A stretch of 64,000 bases of DNA from Deltaproteobacteria bacterium (GTDB lineage Bacteria; Myxococcota_A; UBA9042; PHBI01): the NCBI GenBank assembly GCA_020632715.1, contig JACKFA010000002.1, positions 578,122 to 642,121 of the forward strand, given 5' to 3'. Shown here piece after piece: positions 30,401-39,400 of the stretch. The stretch's first letter is position 1; each line of letters begins with the position of its first letter. The position numbers and the translations under genes are program-made. Under the pieces are notes generated by a model. That model was not told the origin of the DNA. It ran no database searches and saw nothing but the letters and a program-made list of their open reading frames with translations.

Positions 30401-33400
30401 CGAGTCCGACGCGCACGACTGGCACGCAGCGCTCGTCGCCGGGAGGCACGTCAGCGGCCCCGCCTTGTAGTACCCGGCCGCGCACGTCGCCACCTCGCAG
30501 CGCGGGGCGCCGCCGTTCTCGACGCACGTCGCCGTCGCGTTCGGGATGGACCCGGCGCACGACACGCCGCACGTCCCGCAGTTCGCGTTGTTCACGTAGT
30601 AGCCGTTCGCGTTCTTGAAGGACTCGTCGATCTGCCCATCGCAGTTGTCGTCCTTGAAGTTGCACGTCTCGGCCGCCGGCGTCGCCGCCGGGCACTGCCA
30701 GCCGCCCGTGCCGCCGCACGTCCAGCTCGCCGAGCACGTCCCGTTCGCGTTCGTCACCGCGCACGCCGTCGTCGGCGCCGTCGCCCCCTCGTCGACGGAG
30801 CTGTTGCAGTTGTCGTCGAGGCCGTTGCACGTCTCGGCCGCCGGGACCTTGGCGTTGCAGCCCGTCCACCCGACCGACGGGTTGCACGTCTCGTTGCCGT
30901 AGCACGTGCCGTTGCCGTTCGTGCTCGAGCAGAGGCGCGTCTTCCCAGCGTCGCCCGCGAGGCAGTCACACGCCCCCGACTGCGGCACGCACTGGTTCGG
31001 CCCGCCCGCGAACGCCTGGCACACGAAGCCCGCGTTCTGGCAGCTCCCGGCCGCCGTCCCGTGCACGTTGCCCGCGCTGCAGTCCTGCCCGCAGAACTTC
31101 CCGCTCCCGATGGTGAGGCAGCGGTCGCCCGGGTTCCCGCAGTCGCCGTCGACCACGCACGGCGAGCACGCCGTCGCCGTCGCCGGGAGGCACGACGTCG
31201 CGCCCGCCACGTAGTAGCCGACGTCGCAGCTCTCGACCTCGCAGCGCGGGGTGCCGTTGTTCAGGCGGCACGTCGCCGTCGCGTGCGGGAGGACGCCCGT
31301 GCACGACGAGCCGCACGTCCCGCAGTTCTGGTCGTTCACGTACTTCCCGCTCTGCTTGAAGTCCTCGTCGACCTGCCCATCGCAGTCGTTGTCCGCGAAG
31401 TCGCACGTCTCGGCCGCCGGCGTCGCCGCCGGGCACACCCAGCCGCCCGCGCCCTGGCACTGCCAGCCCGCCGAGCACGTCCCGTACGCGTTCGTCACGG
31501 CGCACGGGTCCGTCGGCGCCGCGACGCTCTCGTCCGCCTGGCCGTTGCAGTTGTCGTCGAGGCCGTTGCAGGTCTCGGCCGCCGGCGTCTTCGCCGAGCA
31601 CCCGTACCAGCCGCTCGTCGGGTTGCAGGTCTCGCTGCCGAAGCACGTCCCGCTCGCGTTCGTCGCCTGGCAGGTGCGGGTCTTCCCGCTGTCACCGGCG
31701 CGGCACGCGCAGCTGTGCGACGTCGGCACGCACACGTTCGCGCCGCTCGCCTGCGCCTCGCAGCTGTAGCCCGACGGGCACTGCCCCGCCGGCGTCCCAT
31801 AGGCGTTGCCGGCGTCGCAGGAGCGGGCGCACACGTTCGCCCCGTCGAGCGCGATGCACTTGTCGCCGGGCGTCCCGCAGTTCGCGTCGGTGGCGCACGC
31901 GAGGCACGTGTTGTCCGTCGCCGGGAGGCACGTCAGCGCGCTCGCCTTGTAGTAGCCCGTCGCGCACGTCGCGACCTCGCAGCGCGGGGCGCCGCTCGCC
32001 GCCGAGCACGTCGCCGTCGCGTTCGCGATGCTGCCGGCGCAGGAGATCCCGCACGCGCCGCAGTTCGCGTCGCTCACGTACTGGCCGGACGCGTTCTTGA
32101 ACGCCTCGTCGACCTGGCCGTTGCAGTTGTCGTCGAGGTAGTTGCAGGTCTCGGCCCCGGGCGTCGCCGCCGGGCACTGCCAGCCGCTCGCCCCGCCGCA
32201 CGTCCAGCTCGCCGAGCACGTCCCGTTCCCGTTCGTGTTCGCGCAGGACTGCGTCGGCTGCACGGCGCCCTCGTCGACCTGGCTGTTGCAGTTGTCGTCG
32301 AGGCCGTTGCACGTCTCGGCCGCCGGGACCTTCGCGTTGCACGTCCCCCAGCCGCTCGTCGCGTTGCAGGTCTGCGTGCCGTAGCACGTGCCGTTGCCGT
32401 TCGCGTTGGAGCAGAGCCGCGTCTTGCCGTCGTCGCCCGCGAGGCAGTCGCACGCCCCGGACTGCGGCACGCACTGGTTCGGGCCGCCCGCGAACGCCTG
32501 GCACGTGAAGCCGCTCGTCGCGCACGTCCCGGCCGCCGTGCCGTGCACGTTCCCGGCGCTGCAGTCCTGCCCGCAGAACTGGCCGCCGCCGATGGTGAGG
32601 CAGCGGTCGCCCGGGTTCCCGCAGTCCGCGTCGACCGAGCACGGCGAGCACGCCGTGACCGTCGCCGGGAGGCACGCCGTGGCGCTCGCCTTGTAGTAGC
32701 CGACGTCGCACGTCAGCACCTCGCAGCGCGGCGTCGTGCCGTTCAGCTTGCACGTCGCGGTCGCGTTCGGCAGCACCCCGTCACACGACGCGCCGCACGT
32801 CCCGCAGTTCTGGTCGTTCACGTACTTGCCGTTGACCTTGAAGGTCTCGTCGACCTGCCCATTGCAGTTGTCGTCGACGAAGTTGCAGGTCTCGGCCCCG
32901 GGCGTCGCCGCCGGGCACTGCCAGCCGCTCGCCCCGCCGCACGTCCAGCTCGCCGAGCACGTCCCGTTCGCGTTCGTCGCCTGGCACGGGTCGGTCGGCG
33001 CGGTCACCGCCTCGTCGACGGCGCCGTTGCAGTTGTCGTCCTGGCCGTTGCACGTCTCGGCCGCCGGCGTCTTCGCCGAGCACCCGAACCACCCGCTCGC
33101 CGGGTTGCAGGTCTCCGTCCCGAAGCACGTGCCGCTCGTGTTCGCCTTCTGGCAGGTCCGCGTCTTGCCGTTGTCCGCCGTGAGGCACGAGCAGCTGTGC
33201 GAGCTCGGCACGCACACCTGCGCGCCGCTGCCCTGCGTCTCGCACGCGTACCCGGCCGGGCACTGGCCCGCCGGCGTCCCGTAGGCGTTGCCGGCGCCGC
33301 AGCTCCGGGCGCACACGTTCGCCCCGTCGAGCGCGATGCACTTGTCGCCGGGCGTCCCGCAGTTCGCGTCGGTGGCGCACGCGAGGCACGAGTTGTCCGT

Positions 33401-36400
33401 CGCCGGGAGGCACGTCAGCGCGCTCGCCTTGTAGTAGCCCGCCGAGCACGTCGCCACCTCGCAGCGCGGGGTGCCGCTCTGAGCCGAGCACGTCGCCGTC
33501 GCGTTCGCGATGCTGCCGGCGCAGGAGATCCCGCAGGCGCCGCAGTTCTGGTCGTTCACGTACTGGCCGGCCGCGTTCTTGAACGCCTCGTCGACCTGCC
33601 CATCGCAGTTGTCGTCCTGGCCGTTGCACGTCTCGGTGACCGGCGTCGCGGGGCTGCACTGCCAGCCGCTCGCCCCGCCGCACGTGTACGCCGCCGAGCA
33701 CGTCCCGACGCCCGCGACCGTGTTGTCGCAGGTGGCCGGCGTGTGCGCGACGCCCTCGTCCGCCTGCCCGTTGCAGTTGTCGTCGACGCCGTTGCACGTC
33801 TCGGCCGCCGGCGTCCGCGCCGAGCACCCGACCCAGCCCTGCGTCGAATCACACGTCTCCGCGCCGTAGCACGTCCCCTGCGCGTTCGAGCTCGAGCACG
33901 TCCGCGTCTTCCCGTTGTCGCCCGGGAGGCAGTCGCACGTCCCGCTCTGCGGCACGCACTGCTGCATCCCGCCGCCGAAGTCGTTGCACGTGAAGCCCGC
34001 CTCCTGGCAGGTCCCCGCCGGCACGCCGTGGAGGTTCCCCGCCGAGCAGTCCTGCCCGCAGACCTGCTGCGTGCCGACCGTGAGGCACCTGTCCCCCGGC
34101 GTCGGGCAGTCCCCGTCGCCCGTGCACGTCCGGCACACGTTCGAGCTCGACGCCGCGCACGAGAGCGGCCCCGTCTGGAAGTAGCCGCTGTCGCACGCCA
34201 TGACCTCGCAGCGCGGGTTGCCGCCGTTGTACGCGCACCCGGCCGTCGCGTTCGGGATGGCCCCGGCGCACGAGATCCCGCACGACCCGCAGTTCTGGTC
34301 GTTCACGTACTTGCCGTTCTGCTTGAAGTCCTCGTCGGTCGACCCATCGCAGTCGTTGTCCGCGAAGTCGCAGGTCTCCGCCGCGGGCGCCGCCGCCGGG
34401 CACTGCCAGCCGCTCGCCCCGCCGCACGTCCACGCCGCCGAGCAAGTGCCGTTCGCGTTCGTCGCCTGGCACGCCGTCGTCGGCTGCGTCGGCGACTCGT
34501 CGATCTGCCCGTTGCAGTTGTCGTCCGCGCCGTTGCACGTCTCGGCCGCCGGCGTCTTCGCCGTGCAGCCGCCCCAGCCCGTCGCCGGGTCGCACGTCGC
34601 CGTCCCGAAGCACGTCCCCTGCGTGTTCGTCGCCGAGCAGGTGCGCGTGTTCCCCGCGTTGCCCGGGAGGCACGAGCAGCTGCCGCTCGTCGGCATGCAC
34701 TGCTGGCTCCCGTCGAACGCGCCGCACGTGTAGCCCGTCGGGCACTGGCCCGCCGCGTAGCCGTGCGCGTTCCCGGCGCTGCAGTCGCGGCCGCAGAAGT
34801 TGCCGCCGTCCATCGGGATGCAGCGGTCGCCCGGCGTCGGGCAGTTCGCGTCGGTCACGCACGGCGTGCACTGCGAGTCCACGGCCGGCAGGCACGTGAG
34901 CGGGCTCACCTGGTAGTAGCCCGGGTCACACGTCGCCACCTCGCAGCGCGGGGCGCCATTGTGCACCGCACACGTCTCGGTCGCGTTCGGGATCTTCCCA
35001 GAGCACGAGACCCCGCAAGAACCGCAGTTGTCGACGTCCGTGTAGAGCCCTTGTGCGTTGCGGAAGGACTCGTCCACCTGGCCGTTGCAGTTGTTGTCCT
35101 GGAAGTCGCAGCTCTCCGCGACGGGCGTCGCCGCCGGGCACTGCCAGCCGCTCGCCCCCTGGCACACGTAGCTCGCCGAGCACGTCCCGACGCCCGCGAC
35201 CACGTTGTCGCAGGTGGCCGGCGAGTGCGTCACGGCCTCGTCGATCTGCCCGTTGCAGTTGTCGTCCTGGCCGTTGCAGCTCTCGGCCGCCGGCGTCCGC
35301 GCCGTGCACGTCCCCCAGCCGCTGTGCGAGTCGCACGTCTCGGTCCCGAAGCACGTCCCCTGCGCGTTCGCGACGCTGCAGGTGCGCTGCTTCCCGTCGT
35401 TCGCCGGCAGGCAGTCGCACGCGCCGCTCTCCGGCACGCACTGGTACACGCCGCCGCCCGTGATGTCGTTGCAGACGAAGCCCGCGACGTCGCACGATCC
35501 CGGCGTCAGCCCGTGCAGGTTCCCCGGGCCGCAGTCCTTGCCGCAGTAGCCGCCGCCGTCGAGCGGCACGCACACGTCACCCGGCGTCGGGCAGTCGTTG
35601 TCGGTCGCGCACGACGTGCAGAGCGAGTTCGTCGCCGGCGAGCACGAGAGCGGCCCGGTCTTGTAGTAGCCGCTGTCGCACTCGCGCACGACGCAGCGCG
35701 GCTGCCCGCTCGCGTTGACCTCGCACATCGCCGACGCGTTCGGGATGGCGCCGTCGCACGACACGCCGCAGCTCCCGCAGTTCTCGTCGTCGACGTACTT
35801 CCCGGCCGCGTTCTTGAACGACTCGTCGATCTGCCCATTGCAGTTGTTGTCCGCGAAGTCGCACGTCTCGGCGACCGGCGTCGCGACGTCGCACTGCCAG
35901 CCGCTCGCCCCGCCGCACACGTAGGTCGCCGAGCACGTCCCGACGCCCGCGACGGTGTTGTCGCACGTCGCCGGCGAGTGCGTGACGCCTTCGTCGATGG
36001 CGCCGTTGCAGTTGTCGTCCGCGCCGTTGCAGCTCTCGGCCGCCGGCGTCTTCGCCGTGCACGTCGTCCAGCCCGACGCCTCATGGCACGTGGAGCTCCC
36101 GAAGCACGTCCCGTCCGTGTTCGTGTTCGAGCACGTCCGCGTCCGCCCCTCGTCGCCCGGGAGGCACGAGCAGCTGTTGGTCGTCGGGATGCACTGCATG
36201 CCGCCGTCGAACGCCGAGCACTGGTAGCCGCTCGGGCACTCGCCGGCCGCGTAGCCGTGCTTGTTGCCGGCGCTGCAGTCGCGCCCGCAGAAGCTCCCGC
36301 CGTCCATCGGGATGCAGCGGTCGCCCGGCGTCGGGCACTGCGCGTCGGTCACGCAGGGCGTGCACTGCGAGTCCGTCGCCGGGAGGCACGTGAGCGCGCT

Positions 36401-39400
36401 CACCTGGTAGTAGCCGGCGTCGCACGACCCGACCTCGCAGCGCGGCGCCCCGTTCGTCACGGCGCACGTCTCGGTCGCGTTCGGGATCCGCCCGGTGCAG
36501 GAGATCCCGCAGCTCCCGCAGTTGTCGACGTCCGTATAGAGGCCGGCCGCGTTCCGGAACGGCTCGTCGGCCTGCCCGTCGCAGTTGTTGTCCTGGAAGT
36601 CGCACGTCTCGGCGACCGGCGTCGCGACCGGGCACTGCCAGCCGCTCGTCCCCTGGCACGTGTACGTCGCCGAGCACGTCCCGACCCCCGCGACCGCGTT
36701 GTCGCACGTCGCCGGCGAGTGGGTGACCTCCTCGTCGATGCGCCCGTCGCAGTTGTCGTCGAGGCCGTTACAGGTCTCGGTCGCGGGCGTCTTCGCCGTG
36801 CACGTGCTCCAGCCCATCGTCGACTCGCAGGTCTCCGTCCCGAAGCACGTCCCGCTCGTGTTCGTCGTGCTGCACGTCCGCTGCTTGCCCTGGTTCGCCG
36901 GGAGGCAGTCGCACGCGCCGCTCTCTGGCACGCACTGGAAGACCGTCCCCGCCCCGCCGATGTCCTGGCACTCGAAGCCGGCGACGTCACACGTCCCGGG
37001 CGTGAGCCCGTGGAGGTTGCTCGGGCCGCAGTCCTTGCCGCAGAAGCCACCCGTCGCGAGCGGCACGCAAACGTCGCCCGGCGTCGGGCAGTCGTCGTCC
37101 GTCGCGCACGGCAGACACAGGTCGCTCGTCGCCGGCTGGCAGCTGAGCGGCCCCGTCTGGAAGTAGCCGAAGTCGCACTCGCGCACGACGCAGCGCGGCT
37201 GCCCGCTCGACCCGACCGCGCACATCGCGACCGCGTTCGGGATGGCACCCTCGCAGCTGATCCCGCAGCTCCCGCAGTTCTCGTCGTCGACGTACTTGCC
37301 GGCGCCGTTCTTGAACGTCTCGTCGACCTGCCCATCGCAGTTGTTGTCCGCGAAGTCGCAGCTCTCGGCCTCGGGCGTCCCCGGGTCGCACTGCCACCCG
37401 CTCGCGCCGCCGCACGTGTAGCTCGCCGAGCACGAGCCGACCCCGATCACCGCGTTCGAGCACGTCGCCGGGTCGTGCGTGACCCCCTCGTCGATGCGCC
37501 CGTCGCAGTTGTCGTCGACGCCGTTGCACGTCTCGACCGCCGGCACGCGCGCCGTGCAGCCCGACCAGCCCGCCGCCGGGTCGCACGTCTCCGACCCGAA
37601 GCAGCTCCCGCTCGCGTTCTGGTTGATGCAGGTCCGGGTCTTCCCGCCGTCGCCCGGGAGGCACGAGCAGCTGTTCGACGTCGGCACGCACTGCGCCACG
37701 CCGGCGCCGAGGTCCTGGCACGTGAAGCCCGCGTCACACTCGCCCGCGGGGCGCCCGTGCACGTTCGTCGCCGAGCAGTCGCGCCCGCAGTAGTTGCCGC
37801 CGTCCATCGGGAGGCACTTGTCGCCCGGGGTCGGGCAGTTGGCGTCGGTCGCGCACGCGAGGCAGCTCGAGTCCTGCGACGGGAGGCACGTCGACGCGTT
37901 CGCCCGGTAGTACCCCTCGGCGCACGCGGCCACCTCACAGCGGGGTGTGCCATTTCGCACAATGCACTGCGTCATCGCGTTCGGGATGGCGCCGACGCAG
38001 CTGATCCCGCAGCTCCCGCAGTTCTCGTCGTCGACGTACTGCCCGCTCGCGTTCTTGAAGTCCTCGTCGACCTGCCCATCGCAGTCGTTGTCCTTGTTGT
38101 CGCAGACGTCCTCGGCGGGCGTCGCCGCGACGCAGCTCCAGCCGTTCGCCCCCTTGCAGCTGTAGTCGGCCGTGCACGTGCCCCAGGTGTTCGTCACCTC
38201 GCACGTCGGCGGCGAGTGCACGACGCCCTCGTCCGCCTGGCCGTTGCAGTTGTCGTCGACGCCGTTGCACGTCTCGGCCGACGGCTCGAGCGCCGTGCAG
38301 CCCTCCCAGCCGTTGCCGCTCCCGGCGCCGCAGGTCTCGGTGCCGAAGCACGTCCCGAAGTCGTTCTGCTTCCGGCACGTCCGCATGTCGCCGTCGTTCG
38401 GCTCGAGGCACGTGCAGCTCCCGCTGTCGGGGGCGCACTGCCGCGCCCCGCCCGCCACGTCGACGCAGCTGTAGCCGGGGGCGCAGACCCCCTCGGGCAC
38501 GCCGTGCGCGTTGCCGGCGCTGCAGTCGCGCCCGCAGAACTTGCCGCCGTCGAGCGAGAGGCACTTGTCGCCCGGGGTCGGGCAGTTCGCGTCGGTCACG
38601 CACGGCACGCAGGTCGTGTCGGTCGCCGGGAGGCACGTGAGCGGCCCCACCTGGTAGAAGCCCTCCTCGCAGCTCGCGACCTCGCAGCGCGCGCGCGTCC
38701 CGCTCACGACGCAGTGGCTCGTCGCGTTCGGCAGGAGCCCGTCGCACGAGACGCCGCAGGTGCCGCAGTTCTCGTCGTCCACGTAGAGCCCGGCCGCGTT
38801 CTTGAACGCCTCGTCGACCTGGCCATCGCAGTTGTCGTCCTGGAAGTTGCAGAGCTCGGCGACGGGGGTCTGCACCGGGCACTCCCAGCCGCTCGCCCCG
38901 CTGCACACGTACTGCGCGGCGCACGTGCCGCTCGCGTTCGACTCGGTGCAGCTGACCGGGTCGTGCGCGACGCCCTCGTCCGCCTGCCCGTTGCAGTTGT
39001 CGTCGACGCCGTTGCAGGTCTCGGCCGCCGGCGTCCGCGCCGAGCACGCCGACCACCCGGGCGACTGCGCCGGGTCGCACTCGCTCGTGCCGGTGCACGC
39101 GCCGAAGCCGTTCTGGTTCACGCAGGGGCGGAGGCGCCCCTCCATGCCGGGGAGGCACGTGCAGGACTTCGTCTCGGGGATGCAGCGCCCGGCCTCGCAG
39201 GAGAAGCCGTTGCCGCAGTCGCTCGTGTCCGAGCAGCCGCGCGTGCAGAAGCTGCCGCCGTCGAGGCTCGTGCACTGGCCGCCGGGGAGCTCGGCGCACT
39301 GGGCGTTGTCGGAGCACGGCGAGCACGCCACGGCGCCGGTCGTCGGGATGCAGACGCGGTTCGTGTCCGGCGGGACGTAGAAGCCGTCGAGGCAGGAGAG